DNA of 64,000 nt from Schmidtea polychroa (GCA_044892525.1 CM097885.1:3040001-3104000); one strand, 5' to 3'; shown: positions 21,660-38,057, numbered from the stretch's first letter. The notes: generated by a model not told the origin, from the sequence alone. Numbers and translations: made by a program.

Positions 21660-22440
21660 GATTATTATTGCAAATATTCATGAAACTTAATTTCTACGTC
21701 AATTTCATAATTTTCACGATTTTCAACATTTTCACGATTTTCAACATTTTCATGATTATTATTTTTTCATTATTATTTTCAAAGAATTATTTTCAAAGAA
21801 TTATTATTATTATTTTTTATTATTATTATTATTTTTATTATTATTTGCAAAGTTCTAATTATTATATTAATTTAGAAGTTTCATTATTATTATTTACTTA
21901 AATATTCATAAAACTTATTTTCTACGTCAATTACATGATTTTCAATATTTTCATCATTTGCATGAATTTTAACAATTTTCTACATTTTCAATATTTTCAC
22001 GATTTTCAACATTTTCATGATTATTTCAGGAACTATTCATCGAATATTTTTCAAAGTATTATTTTCAAAGAATTATTTTCAAATTATTTTCAAAGTTTTT
22101 ATCAATATTATTATTATTATTATTTGCAAAGTTCTTATTATTTTATTTTCGATGTTTTATTATTATTTACTTAAATATTCATAAAACTTATTTTCTGCAT
22201 CAATTTACGATTTTCAATATTTGATGATTATTTTAGTGAACATTTTCATAATGTTTAACGTTTTCATCCTTTTCAATATTTTCATCATTTTCAACATTTT
22301 TAATATTTTCAGGAACATTTTCATAATTTTCAACGTTTTCATGATTTTCAACATTTTCATCATTTCCTTGAATATTTTAATAATTTTCAACATTTTCATA
22401 ATTTTCACGATTTTCAATATTTTCATCATTATTTTCTTCA
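21420..22440 (+). repeat. Degenerate 9-bp ATTTTCANN repeat within larger repeated units; mirrored at 31780-32830
   Basis: ATTTTCAAC/ATTTTCATG/ATTTTCACG runs. Confidence 0.8.
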
Positions 22441-22784
22441 AAATTCTTAGTTTATTTATAAAATATTATTATTATCATTTTCAAAATTATTTTCTTATTA
22501 TTTATTTCAAAGTATATTATTATTTTTATTATTATTATTATATATACTCCTAGTCTATCCGACAAAATATTTTGTCCCCCTATGGGTACTGCTCACACTC
22601 AACAGGTTGCAAGGGTACTAGTCATGCTTATTATTATTGTTATACAATATGATGTTATTTAGACATTTGAAGGTTCAACCATGGTTACAATTTCTACATT
22701 TTGAAAACTCTAATTTGATTGGCTATCTCAATTTTTATAAATGTAAAAACAAAAGTAATTTAGTTATTAAGAAATTTATTACTC

Positions 22785-23398
22785 ATGATTTCTACAAATA
22801 AAACTGTTGAATATGTAAATCACAAAACACATTTGGTAACTTTATTATTTTGTCAATATTTTTTATATATGTCATTTATAGCAAGGAAGTCCTACTAGAA
22901 ATAAGGAAAAATTAGGTCCAACCTATTCCGAAATTTCATTGAAAATTTTTAACAACACAGTTGAAGATTTTATAAATAATCATGATACTTACAGTGATAA
23001 GCAAATCATAAATATTTTAAAGATTTTCAAACATTCCTCTATTGAATATTTGATTTTATTTATTTAATTATGATAAATGCGTTTTGAAGTTATCTAGTTA
23101 TTTAATGTATTTAGAAAAAAAAATAGTGGTAAACAACGATTCACTGAATGAATACTTTTGGAGTTGTATGTATTTAATGTTGAAACAGGGATATAGTAGA
23201 TTGATTTATGAATGGATAGCAAAAGCCGATTTGATTGAAAATAAGCTAACGGAAAAACTGAATGATGTTAAGAAAAGGTATTTAACTTGTTCAATTTGTA
23301 AAGAAAATCAAGTTTCGGTTTTGTATTTACCGTGTGGTCATTTAATTGTTTGTTCTAAGTGTCACGAGAAGAATGTTCGCAATTGTTTAACTGATTAA
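22785..23398 (+). pseudogene. IAP/MDM2-type C3HC4 RING gene, frameshifted and truncated
   Basis: ATG 22785, GT-AG intron 22836-22881, frameshift near 23060. CSICKENQVSVLYLPCGHLIVCSKC...NCLTD* lacks the last Cys. Confidence 0.7.
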
Positions 23399-26300
23399 TG
23401 AATATCATACTATATACATGTAAGTTCTCAATACAAATAAATACAATATCAAAGTCAAATGAATTATTAACATACATAATGACGGTACTATAATGTAGGA
23501 AATTTTCAAAACATTGAATAATATGAAATCAGCTTGGTAATTAATTATATTAGGCGCAACTACCAAATGTTGATGATATGATGAAGGGAATGGTATTTAT
23601 AATATTATTTTAAGATTATTCAAAATAAAATATAACCATGAGTTCATCAAAATGGAAAAAGATCTTCGCAAGAACCATGAAGATGCTGGATGTATTGGTT
23701 ATTATTTTTTCGGAAATAAATGTTTTAATTTGTTTTTATAAATTTATTGTTTTATTGTAATACTTTTTGATTAAAATATATTCATTTTGTTTTAATATTT
23801 GTATTAATTTTTTTATATAGTGGTTATTATATATATGGAAATTTACAATTATATATACAATTATATTTACAATTATTATAAATCATAATGACTAAATGAT
23901 GCTTTTCTTCTGTCCATTGATTTTCCTCTGATATTACTGCCATAATCATCTTCGACAAAATGTAAAGATAATATTTCTAGTGTCTTTGTTAATCATGCCC
24001 ATTTATTGCAAAGTCTTTGTTAATTATGCATTTGTATTGCAAATTTATTAGTCATACAATTATATTATTTTTTCATGCCCTGACATAATATTATTATTTT
24101 TAATTTTATTATTTTGTTTAACAATACCATATAGCAAATTTTTAGGCAATTTGATAAATAATACATGGTTATTTTAAATATATAGCAATTTCTTAAGTAA
24201 AATATTTCCAGATAAATTTAAAAATTTAGTTAGAAATCCATGGTTTTTGGCTGTACCATTTAATTAAAATATTCTTGGATTCATAACATTTCTTTTATAT
24301 AGTTGATAGTAATATCAATTATTTAACTAGAAACATAACTGAATTCTTAGTTAATATAGTATTTTTGTGTATTTCTTAGTTAATTTATAAATATTATCTG
24401 ACATTTTGATGTATCAATGCAATATACAACAAATTACTCAATAAAACCATAGCATATTGTAGGTTTTTATATAAAGTCTGAATTTATCCGACAAAATATT
24501 TTGTCCCCCTATGTGTATTTGTCGTAAGGGTACTGCTTACATGTCGCAAGGGTATATTAATTAAAGCACATGTATATTAGTTAAATTTTCTTAGGTAATT
24601 TAGTGAGAAATGGATGATCATAGATATCAGAAATTCGTGAATATTTTGAATGTAACTTACCGAATTCTCATTTCGAGCGACTAATTTATTGGTTAACTTT
24701 GTCATGTTTAGTCATTTAAAATAATATTTAGCAAAAGGTAAGATATGAATATTTAGTATTTCATAGGTAATTTATTCATCTAATGTTCATTACAATAGTT
24801 AATATAACTTCGTGAGAAATGCATGGTTATTAATATATTCATTGATAATTTTGGTAGAAAATCTTTATCATTTGGAGTAAATTTCTATCTTTGTTTGAGG
24901 CAAAAGGAGTCATAATAGAAACATGATCATTTGTTATCAATTTACCAATTAAGGTGCTTATTAGTTAGAAATATAGGGTTACAATTTTTTCTAATTTAAT
25001 AAGATGATCATTGGGTGTAATATATCTTATACATGGTTAACATTTTTAAATAGGGATTTTGAGTAACTTTTACCAAAACAGGGATATTTTGTGCGATCAA
25101 TTTATGAATATTGGTTAATTTTCTCTTTTTTAGTCATTTAAAATAATATTTAGCAAAGGTAATTTAGCAAAATATCATTGAAAGATTTATCCATCCGATA
25201 ACAATATTCCTTCCCTTTACCCTTAATATTCAACCGATTTAATTTCTAGAAATCTAATTAAAATCATAAAATATTTTCAATAAAGATCAATTTTCTTTAG
25301 CTGTTGTCGATTTCCAACTTTTAAGTCAATATTTCTCAAGTTTTGTCACAGATATCCCCACAATGAATAAAATAACTTCTTAAATAAAATAATTTAAAGC
25401 AATAACCTTTGATATCAATCCCAATTAATTCTAAAGATTTCAAATATTTCATTGTCAAAACCAAGTAAATTGATCATTAACCCTAAACGACTTAATAAAA
25501 CAGTGGATAATTAATAAAAACTGGTTCTAAAACCTAATATTACTGTGCCATAACATTCATCACAACCTAATAAAACGATATAATTTCACAGGAACGATTA
25601 TTAATTCATAGCTAAATACTGACTATGTCCCTTTGATATTTTACCAATAAGAACATTGTCGATTTAAATAGAGATTTAAAACATTTCCGCCTTAACCGAT
25701 CCCTCACTAAATATTTCTACCCCATTAAATACCCCCTTTAAAAATCATATATTACCATCTTAACTGAACCTTCACTAAATCCAACCGACTTTAATATATC
25801 AATTCTCTTGAAATCCATAGAAAATTCTTCAAAATATGAATTTTATTTAATTGTTACAGACATTCTTCCATTGAAATAATTTAGTATCTAAATTCATGTA
25901 GTAAGAGCCCACTAAAAGATCACTAAAATCAATATTTTCTACAAATATTTCACCACATTTACCATCAAATACCTAACTAGAAATGAAATATATTGATCAT
26001 AATTCTTCATCGATTCAGCCAATTATAGCAATTATATCTTTCAAAATCACAAATTTCAGTATATTTTACAACAATTTTCAAGTAGATTTCAAATATATCA
26101 TCATGATAAAATTAGCTGGTTTCAACTTTAGATTTTCAATATTTAAAAGTTCATCAATATTCGTAGAAAATATATGAAAGAATTATTTTGTCAATATCAT
26201 TACAAAGTCATCATAAAAATTAAATAATAATCACTTGATTATTGTAAAAACTCTAATTATTAACCTAACTGTCATTAAAAATAATTTTTATTTAAAATTA

Positions 26301-29300
26301 AATTTAAAACAAGTCAATAAAATATAGCAAATTATCAAGAAATTAATTAAATTTGTCTTAGAATTAACACTAAAACCTTAAATTTTTAAATATTTTTTCA
26401 ATTATTCACAAAAAGGTTAGTAATTAATGTTAATAAAAACCCCACAACTCTAAAAATTACCAATGAATTTAATGCTAATTAATAACCAAAAATTTGCCTA
26501 AATAAAATCATTAAAACACACCAGTACCTTTACGACCAGTACCGTTACGAGCAGTACCAATTGTGAACAGTACCCATAGAGGGAGAAAATATCTTGTCGG
26601 ATAAACTCATAGTATATATAATAAAACGAATTAACAATAACTCCATCAAATTGAATCAGTCAAATTAACACAAATTTTGATAAAAAAATCTTATTCTAAA
26701 ATGGTGAGAAGCGTAAAGTCGAAAGATAATTTTAATAACACCGAGATATCAAAAGGGTTAAAATAAGTGTTAGAATTATTCATTATTAGATTATGGAAAG
26801 TCAATGAAAATATACTGAGAAGTGGCTAGATATATATTAATTGTATTTATTTAAAATTATTTCATAAAATTCATAATTTTCATAAAAATTCATAAAATGA
26901 TCACTTTAATAAAACATATTTAATACAATTTTAAAAGAAATATTTGTCGGGAGGATATAAGTGATAATAATTAGTGGGAAATCGAGAATCGACGGATATA
27001 AGTGACGACGATATATAAATAAGATTATTTCTATTATAGGAGTTACTAACGAATTAAAATATTTTAATAATGTGATAAACTTTTATTTAATAAAGTATTT
27101 AATCCCCAAATGATTATTTTATTACATAAGAAACCGTGAATGATATTTGACTGAGTAATTATGATAAATTCATATATTAAATTTTGATTAAATCCTTTAA
27201 TATTAGCAATTTATTATTAAATTTACTATTTTACACTAAATATATCATTTTCAAAAACAAATATTCTAAAAGATAATTTAAGATACATTACTCTTTTCAA
27301 TGAAAATGAGCACTCAAAGTTAAAAGGGACACACGAAAACTTACTCAAATATAATCGAGAGACATAAAACAACAAAGCCAAATTCGTTTAAATATTTTAT
27401 AGCAATTGATAGTTCTTATAATTTCCTCACTTTAATGAAGATTCTTACCACCTGAGATTAATATTTTTAATTTATCTCGGTGTTATTAAAATTATCTTTC
27501 GACTTTACGCTTCTCACCATTTTAGAATAAGATTTTTTATCAAAATTTGTGTGAATTTGACTGATTCAATTTGATGGAGTTATTGTTAATTCGTTTTATT
27601 ATATATACTATGAGTTTATCCGACAAGATATTTTCTCCCTCTATGGGTACTGTTCACAATTGGTACTGCTCGTAACGGTACTGGTCGTAAAGGTACTGGT
27701 GTGTTTTAATGATTTTATTTAGGCAAATTTTTGGTTATTAATTAGCATTAAATTCATTGGTAATTTTTAGAGTTGTGGGGTTTTTATTAACATTATTACT
27801 AACCTTTTTGTGAATAATTGAAAAAATATTTAAAAATTTAAGGTTTTAGTGTTAATTCTAAGACAAATTTAATTAATTTCTTGATAATTTGCTATATTTT
27901 ATTGACTTGTTTTAAATTTAATTTTAAATAAAAATTATTTTTAATGACAGTTAGGTTAATAATTAGAGTTTTTACAATAATCAAGTGATTATTATTTAAT
28001 TTTTATGATGACTTTGTAATGATATTGACAAAATAATTCTTTCATATATTTTCTACGAATATTGATGAACTTTTAAATATTGAAAATCTAAAGTTGAAAC
28101 CAGCTAATTTTATCATGATGATATATTTGAAATCTACTTGAAAATTGTTGTAAAATATACTGAAATTTGTGATTTTGAAAGATATAATTGCTATAATTGG
28201 CTGAATCGATGAAGAATTATGATCAATATATTTCATTTCTAGTTAGGTATTTGATGGTAAATGTGGTGAAATATTTGTAGAAAATATTGATTTTAGTGAT
28301 CTTTTAGTGGGCTCTTACTACATGAATTTAGATACTAAATTATTTCAATGGAAGAATGTCTGAAACAATTAAATAAAATTCATATTTTAAAGAATTTTCT
28401 ATGGATTTCAAGAGAATTGATATATTAAAGTCGGTTGGATTTAGTGAAGGTTCAGTTAAGATGGTAATATATGATTTTTAAAGGGGGTATTTAATGGGGT
28501 AGAAATATTTAGTGAGGGATCGGTTAAGGCGGAAATGTTTTAAATCTCTATTTAAATCGACAATGTTCTTATTGGTAAAATATCAAAGGGACATAGTCAG
28601 TATTTAGCTATGAATTAATAATCGTTCCTGTGAAATTATATCGTTTTATTAGGTTGTGATGAATGTTATGGCACAGTAATATTAGGTTTTAGAACCAGTT
28701 TTTATTAATTATCCACTGTTTTATTAAGTCGTTTAGGGTTAATGATCAATTTACTTGGTTTTGACAATGAAATATTTGAAATCTTTAGAATTAATTGGGA
28801 TTGATATCAAAGGTTATTGCTTTAAATTATTTTATTTAAGAAGTTATTTTATTCATTGTGGGGATATCTGTGACAAAACTTGAGAAATATTGACTTAAAA
28901 GTTGGAAATCGACAACAGCTAAAGAAAATTGATCTTTATTGAAAATATTTTATGATTTTAATTAGATTTCTAGAAATTAAATCGGTTGAATATTAAGGGT
29001 AAAGGGAAGGAATATTGTTATCGGATGAATAAATCTTTCAATGATATTTTGCTAAATTACCTTTGTTAAATATTATTTTAAATGACTAAAAAAGAGAAAA
29101 TTAACCAATATTCATAAATTGATCGCACAAAATATCCCTGTTTTGGTAAAAGTTACTCAAAATCCCTATTTAAAAATGTTAACCATGTATAAGATATATT
29201 ACACCCAATGATCATCTCATTAAATTAGAAAAGAATTGTAACCCTATATTTCAAACTAATAAGCACCTTAATTGGTAAATTGATAACAAATGATCATGTT

Positions 29301-30819
29301 TCTATTATGACTCCTTTTGCCTCAAACAAAGATAGAAATTTACTCCAAATGATAAAGATTTTCTACCAAAATTATCAATGAATATATTAATAACCATGCA
29401 TTTCTCACGAAGTTATATTAACTATTGTAATGAACATTAGATGAATAAATTACCTATGAAATACTAAATATTCATATCTTACCTTTTGCTAAATATTATT
29501 TTAAATGAGTAAACATGACAACGTTAACCAATAAATTAGACGCTCGAAATGAGAATTCGGTAAGTTAAATTCAAAATATTCAAATTATTCACGAATTTCT
29601 GATATCTATGATCATCCATTTCTCACTAAATTACCTAAGAATTTTTAACTAATATACAGGTGCTTTAATTAATATACCCTTGCGACATGTTGAATGTAAG
29701 CAGTACCCTTACGACAAATACACAAATTCAGACTTTATATAAAAACTTACAATATGCCATGGTTTTATTGAGTAATTTGTTGTATATTGCATTGATACAT
29801 CAAAATGTCAGATAATATTTATAAATTAACTAAGAAATACACAAAAATACTATATTAACTAAGAATTCAGTTATGTTTCTAGTTAAATAATTGAGATAAT
29901 TGATATTACTATCAACTATATAAAAGAAATGTTATGAATCCAAGAATATTTTAATTAAATAGTACAGCCAAAAACCATGGATTTCTAACTAAATTTTTAA
30001 ATTTATCTGGAAATATTTTACTTAAGAAATTGCTATATATTTAAAATAACCATGTATTATTTATCAAATTGCCTAAAAATTTGCTATATGGTATTGTTAA
30101 ACAAAATAATAAAATTAAAAATAATAATATTATGTCAGGGCATGAAAAAATAATATAATTGTATGACTAATAAATTTGCAATACAAATGCATAATTAACA
30201 AAGACTTTGCAATAAATGGGCATGATTAACAAAGACACTAGAAATATTATCTTTACATTTTGTCGAAGATGATTATGGCAGTAATATCAGAGGAAAATCA
30301 ATGGACAGAAGAAAAGCATCATTTAGTCATTATGATTTATAATAATTGTAAATATAATTGTATATATAATTGTAAATTTCCATATATATAATAACCACTA
30401 TATAAAAAAATTAATACAAATATTAAAACAAAATGAATATATTTTAATCAAAAAGTATTACAATAAAACAATAAATTTATAAAAACAAATTAAAACATTT
30501 ATTTCCGAAAAAATAATAACCAATACATCCAGCATCTTCATGGTTCTTGCGAAGATCTTTTTCCATTTTGATGAACTCATGGTTATATTTCATTTTGAAT
30601 AATCTTAAAATAATATTATAAATACCATTCCCTTCATCATATCATCAACATTTGGTAGTTGCGCCTAATATAATTAATTACCAAGCTGATTTCATATTAT
30701 TCAATGTTTTGAAAATTTCCTACATTATAGTACCGTCATTATGTATGTTAATAATTCATTTGACTTTGATATTGTATTTATTTGTATTGAGAACTTACAT
30801 GTATATAGTATGATATTCA

Positions 30820-31433
30820 TTAATCAGTTAAACAATTGCGAACATTCTTCTCGTGACACTTAGAACAAACAATTAAGTGACCACACGGTAAATACAAAAC
30901 CGAAACTTGATTTTCTTTACAAATTGAACAAGTTAAATACCTTTTCTTAACATCATTCAGTTTTTCCGTTAGCTTATTTTCAATCAAATCGGCTTTTGCT
31001 ATCCATTCATAAATCAATCTACTATATCCCTGTTTCAACATTAAATACATACAACTCCAAAAGTATTCATTCAGTGAATCGTTGTTTACCACTATTTTTT
31101 TTTCTAAATACATTAAATAACTAGATAACTTCAAAACGCATTTATCATAATTAAATAAATAAAATCAAATATTCAATAGAGGAATGTTTGAAAATCTTTA
31201 AAATATTTATGATTTGCTTATCACTGTAAGTATCATGATTATTTATAAAATCTTCAACTGTGTTGTTAAAAATTTTCAATGAAATTTCGGAATAGGTTGG
31301 ACCTAATTTTTCCTTATTTCTAGTAGGACTTCCTTGCTATAAATGACATATATAAAAAATATTGACAAAATAATAAAGTTACCAAATGTGTTTTGTGATT
31401 TACATATTCAACAGTTTTATTTGTAGAAATCAT
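30820..31433 (-). pseudogene. Inverted copy of the RING pseudogene
   Basis: Identical 104-aa translation at 30820-31134. Confidence 0.7.
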
Positions 31434-32876
31434 GAGTAATAAATTTCTTAATAACTAAATTACTTTTGTTTTTACATTTATAAAAATTGAGATAGCCAAT
31501 CAAATTAGAGTTTTCAAAATGTAGAAATTGTAACCATGGTTGAACCTTCAAATGTCTAAATAACATCATATTGTATAACAATAATAATAAGCATGACTAG
31601 TACCCTTGCAACCTGTTGAGTGTGAGCAGTACCCATAGGGGGACAAAATATTTTGTCGGATAGACTAGGAGTATATATAATAATAATAATAAAAATAATA
31701 ATATACTTTGAAATAAATAATAAGAAAATAATTTTGAAAATGATAATAATAATATTTTATAAATAAACTAAGAATTTTGAAGAAAATAATGATGAAAATA
31801 TTGAAAATCGTGAAAATTATGAAAATGTTGAAAATTATTAAAATATTCAAGGAAATGATGAAAATGTTGAAAATCATGAAAACGTTGAAAATTATGAAAA
31901 TGTTCCTGAAAATATTAAAAATGTTGAAAATGATGAAAATATTGAAAAGGATGAAAACGTTAAACATTATGAAAATGTTCCTTAAAATAATCATCAAATA
32001 TTGAAAATCGTAAATTGATGCAGAAAATAAGTTTTATGAATATTTAAGTAAATAATAATAAAACATCGAAAATAAAATAATAAGAACTTTGCAAATAATA
32101 ATAATAATAATAATATTGATAAAAACTTTGAAAATAATTTGAAAATAATTCTTTGAAAATAATACTTTGAAAAATATTCGATGAAAAGTTCCTGAAATAA
32201 TCATGAAAATGTTGAAAATCGTGAAAATATTGAAAATGTAGAAAATTATTTAAATAATCATGCAAATGATGAAAATGTTGAAAATCATGTAATTGAGGTA
32301 GAAATTAAGTTTTATGAATATTTAAGTAAATAATAATAATGAAAATAATTCTTTGAAAATAATACTTTGAAAAATATTTGATGAAAATGTTCCTGAAATA
32401 ATCATGAAAATGCTGAAAATCGTGAAAATGTTGAAAATCGTGAAAATATTGAAAATAATGAAAATTATTAAAATAATCATGCAAATGATGAAAATATTCA
32501 TGTAAATGATGAAAATGTTGAAAATCATGAAATTGAGGTAGAAATTAAGTTTTATGAATATTTGCAATAATAATCATAATCATAATAATAATAATAATAC
32601 AACTTTGTAAATAATAATAAAAGTAATAATAAGAACTGTTTGAAAATAAGCTAACGGAAATATTACTTTGAAAAATATTTGATGAAAATGTTCCTGAAAT
32701 AATAATGAAAATATTGAAAATGTAGAAAATTATGAAAATGTTAAAAATTATTAAAATAATCATGCAAATGATGAAAATGTTGAAAATCATGTAATTAAGG
32801 TAGAAATTAAGTTTTATGAATATTTGTAAATTATAATAATAATAAGAAGAAGAATTTTCAAAATAACTTTGAAAAT

Positions 32877-33162
<286 letters not shown>

Positions 33163-33549
33163 TTGATTAAAACTTTGAAAATAACATCTTCCGCGCGGGC
33201 ATTAATATCTTTCCCAATAATAATGATAAATTAAATTATTGCGTAATCGATAATTAAACCAAAAAAAATAATATAATCAACGATATAAACAAAATTAAAT
33301 TATTACATAATTGATAATTTAAACAAAAATTATTATTGCATAATCAACGATTTAAACAAAATTAAATTATTACATAATTGATAATTAAAACAAAAAAATA
33401 TTATTATATAATTAACGATTTAAACAATATTAAATTATTAAGTAATCGATAATTAAAAAAAATAAAAAATTATTAAGTAATCGATAATTAAAACCAAAAT
33501 AAAAATATTATCATATAATCAACGATTTTAACAAAACTAAAATAAAATA

Positions 33550-34370
33550 ATAATATGACCTTGAAATAATAATATTTTTAAAAATAATAATATGACCTTG
33601 AAAAATATAATAATATTTTGAAAAATAATAATATGACCTTGAAAATAATAATATTTTGAAAAATAATAATATGACCTTGAAAATAATAATATTTTGAAAA
33701 ATAATAATATGACCTTGAAAATAATAATATTTTGAAAAATAATAATATGACCTTGAAAATAATAATATTTTGAAAAATAATAATATGACCTTGAAAATAA
33801 TAATATTTTGAAAAATAATAATATGACCTTGAAAATAATAATATTTTGAAAAATAATAATATGACCTTGAAAATAATAATATTTTGAAAAATAATAATAT
33901 GACCTTGAAAATAATAATATTTTGAAAAATAATAATATGACCTTGAAAATAATAATATTTTGAAAAATAATAATATGACCTTGAAAATAATAATATTTTG
34001 AAAAATAATAATATGACCTTGAAAATAATAATATTTTGAAAAATAATAATATGACCTTGAAAATAATAATATTTTGAAAAATAATAATATGACCTTGAAA
34101 ATAATAATATTTTGAAAAATAATAATATGACCTTGAAAATAATAATATTTTGAAAAATAATAATATGACCTTGAAAATAATAATATTTTGAAAAATAATA
34201 ATATGACCTTGAAAATAATAATATTTTGAAAAATAATAATATGACCTTGAAAATAATAATATTTTGAAAAATAATAATATGACCTTGAAAATAATAATAT
34301 TTTGAAAAATAATAATATGACCTTGAAAATAATAATATTTTGAAAAATAATAATATGACCTTGAAAATAA
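33550..34370 (-). repeat. 38-bp minisatellite, ~21 copies, inverted counterpart of 4630-5345
   Basis: GACCTTGAAA recurs every 38 nt (e.g. 33673, 33711). Confidence 0.95.
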
Positions 34371-34514
34371 TGAAGTTATATTAATGTTATAATAATAATA
34401 ATAATAATATTAATACCCTTGCGACATGTTGAATGTGACCAGTACCCTTTCTACAAATACACATAGGGGGACACAATATTTTGTCGGATAAACTCGGACT
34501 ATATAGATTAATAC

Positions 34515-34579
<65 letters not shown>

Positions 34580-35098
34580 TTGATTAAAACTTCGAAAATA
34601 CTAATTTTGAAAATAACATTTTCCGCGCGAGCGGTAATATCTTTCCCAATAATAATGATAAATTAAATTATTACGTAATCGACAATTAAATCCAAAAATA
34701 TTTCATAATCAACGATTTAAACAAAATTAAATTATTGAGTAATCGATAATTAAAACAAAACATGTTATTATTACATAATCAACGATTTAAACAAAATTAA
34801 ATTATTACGTATTCGATAATTAAAACAAAAAATAAAAATATTATTATATAATCAACGATTTAAACAAAATTAAATTATTACGTATTCGATAATTAAAACA
34901 AAAATAAACCTCTGGAACAAAAATAGATTTCTTTGTTACTAAAAATAGAATGACCTTGGCGAGTCATCGGATCAATGATCGGATCAAAAATGTTACTAAA
35001 AATATATTCAAAATGTTACTAAAAATAGAACGACCTTGATGATTCAGCGACTGAGTCATGGTCTTTGTTTAAATTACCTTGGTAATTAAAACTTGATG

Positions 35099-35150
<52 letters not shown>

Positions 35151-35446
35151 TATTAATACTATTGATAGTAATAAATAATATATCCCATGGGTGCGTCATT
35201 GTCTTTCTTCAAAAAGTAAATGAGTCATCGATGAGTACTTTTGTATTGCCGTTTGTTTTCAAACAATATTGCTGCGAATAGTAGTACATCAATATTTAGT
35301 TTACCTTTGTTAATTTTACATTATTTTATTGTTTAAATAAATGTATGTTTTGTTGATTTGTTGAGCGTGACCAGTACCCTTGTGAGCATTACCCATAGGG
35401 GGACAAAATATTTTGTCGGATAGACTCGGTGTATATAGATTAATAC

Positions 35447-35563
<117 letters not shown>

Positions 35564-35609
35564 TTTTTTAAAAATAATAATAAAAATAATAATATTTTTA
35601 AAAATAATA

Positions 35610-36105
35610 ATATGACCTTGATGACTCATCGCGATGACTCATATGACCTTGAAAATGACCTTGGTGAGTCATAGGATGATTCAGATGACCTTGAAAATGA
35701 CCTTGAAAATTTTTGATGAGTCATAATATGAGTCATATGACCTTGAGAATGACCTTGAATGAGTCATATAACCTTGAGAATGACCTTAAATGAGTCATAT
35801 GACCTTGAAAATGACCTTGAATGAGTCATATGCCCTTGAAAATGACCTTGAATGAGTCATGGTCTTTGCTTAAATGACCTTGAAAATTTTTATGACTCAT
35901 CGGATGAGTCATATGACCTTGAAAATGACCTTGATGAGTCATAGTATGAGTCATATGACCTTGAAAATGACCTTGATGAGTCATATGATGAGTCATGGTC
36001 TTTGTTTAAATGGCCTTGAAAAATTTGATGAGTCATGATATGAGTCATGGTCTTTGTTTCAATGACCTTGATGGGTCATATGTCTTTGTTTAAATTTGAC
36101 CTTGA
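35610..36105 (-). repeat. Subterminal TGACCTTGA/TGAGTCA array, right arm
   Basis: Reverse complement of 3700-4070. Confidence 0.9.
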
Positions 36106-36585
36106 AAAAAAAATGTACTTTTAGACTTAGAATATTTTTGAAAATCTTTTCGACGGGGGGGGAGGGGGGGTACTGTGCTAGCGGTGCCCTGTGCCAGCGG
36201 TGCCCAATCCATCTACTGAAAAGCTTCATTTATGAGAAGATTATTTATGAGAAGAATATGCAATTATTTATGAAGATTATGAAAAGAAGATTTATGAGAA
36301 GATTTATGAAAATTTATATGAAAAGATTTATTTATGAAAAGACGTATATGAAAAGAAGATTATATTAATAATTTTAATAATTTTTATATTATTTCAAATC
36401 ATAATTTATTGCTTTTATTATTATTTTTATGGTACTATTTAGTTAAATTATATGATGTTTTCTTATAAGATACTAATTAAAAGACAAGTAATATCTTATG
36501 AAAAAATATCTTAAACTTTGAAAATGATTATTAAAATGATCTTAATATTTTTTAAACATTTTATGATAAAAATATTTTCATAGGT

Positions 36586-36840
36586 TTGAAATATCAAAAC
36601 CTTTGCAATAGTCAATATCATAATGACTGTGATGATATAATGGAAAGATATTATAGTCATAAATATAACGGTGTCACCTACATATTATGCCCTAAATGTG
36701 AGGTTATTGAAGTTATATCATATAAGGAATTTTTTAATAAGCATGGGTCCCATCTCCAACAATATAAACCTTCTAAGAAATCTCTTTTCTTTAGCTTATA
36801 TAAATCGTTTGTTAACAACACTAATAATAATATCAACAAC

Positions 36841-36916
<76 letters not shown>

Positions 36917-37287
36917 TTGATATAAACGAAATAAATAATCTAAAAGATCAAGTAAATAAATTAAATGATCAAATAAATAATCTTATTAATACGAATGAAA
37001 GAAAAAATAACGAAAAAATAAATTTAATACCAGTTAAAAAATCGAAAGTTATCGATGTAATCATAATAAGTGATGATGATGAAATTGTTAATAATAATAG
37101 TATTAGTAATAATAATTATAATAACTTTAATCAAATAGGTTTTGGTGTCGTAGATGTCACCAGTGATTTAAATAATAATCATATTATATTGAAATCGGAC
37201 GTTTCGTCTTTAGATTTAAAAACGGTTTCTGTACCAGACATTTTAATAAATAAATTAAATTTCTATGTAAATAATAAAATCATGTAA
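36586..37287 (+). CDS. Orphan ORF with CPKC...H..H motif interrupted by an in-frame (AAT)n poly-Asn tract
   Basis: 233-aa open frame preceded by an acceptor-like TTTTCATAG; no family recognised. Confidence 0.3.
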
Positions 37288-38057
37288 AATTCAATTTTTT
37301 CTAAAGGTGGAATTCATAAAATAATAATGCAAAGCATGTGAATAATTTTATTATGTCTTTGTTAAGTCAACTTTAGCGTCAAAAAGTGTTTTTAAAATAT
37401 ATTTACATTTTAAAATACCGCAAAGTAATATATTTAAAAAGTATGATGAGTCACGTGTCTTTGTTCTCTAAAATTTCTTTGCTACGTAATAGTTCTTTGT
37501 TTAAATTGATGAGGCATATGTCTTTGTTATGTAATATGACTTAGCTTCTTAAAAATATTTATTACGTAATATATTTTTGTTAGGTAACAGGTCTTTGTTT
37601 AAATTGGTAACGTAATATGTTTTGTTTAAATCGATGATGTAATAGGTATTTGTTTCTTAAAACACCTTTTTTACGTAATAGTTCTTTGTCTAAAGCGATG
37701 AGGTAAATGTCTTCATTATTTAATAAACCATTGTTACATAACATGGCATCGTTACACAATAGGTATGTATTACATAACATGTATTACATAATAATTATTA
37801 CGTACTTCTTTAAAAAATTAGTTTTAAGAAAATCCTACCAGGTTAATGGTATAACGTCATTTTATTTATGACGCACTAGATTACACAATAGTTCTTTGTT
37901 CCCGAGTTCATACATTACCCTACTTACATCTTAATATAGGAAATATTTCTGGTTAGTAAATACATTTCATATACACTGATAAATTGATTAGAAAACCTAA
38001 TGGGTAAATATAAACAAAACAAATAAAATAAACAATTTATTTATTATTTATATAGTT

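Noticed and set aside
21668..22553. Hydrophobic Ile/Phe/Asn ORFs (and mirror 31665-32790)
   Set aside because: Derived from 9-bp ATTTTCANN repeats.
25983..26177. 64-aa ORF duplicated at 28042-28236
   Set aside because: Duplication only reflects the inverted arms; no coding evidence.
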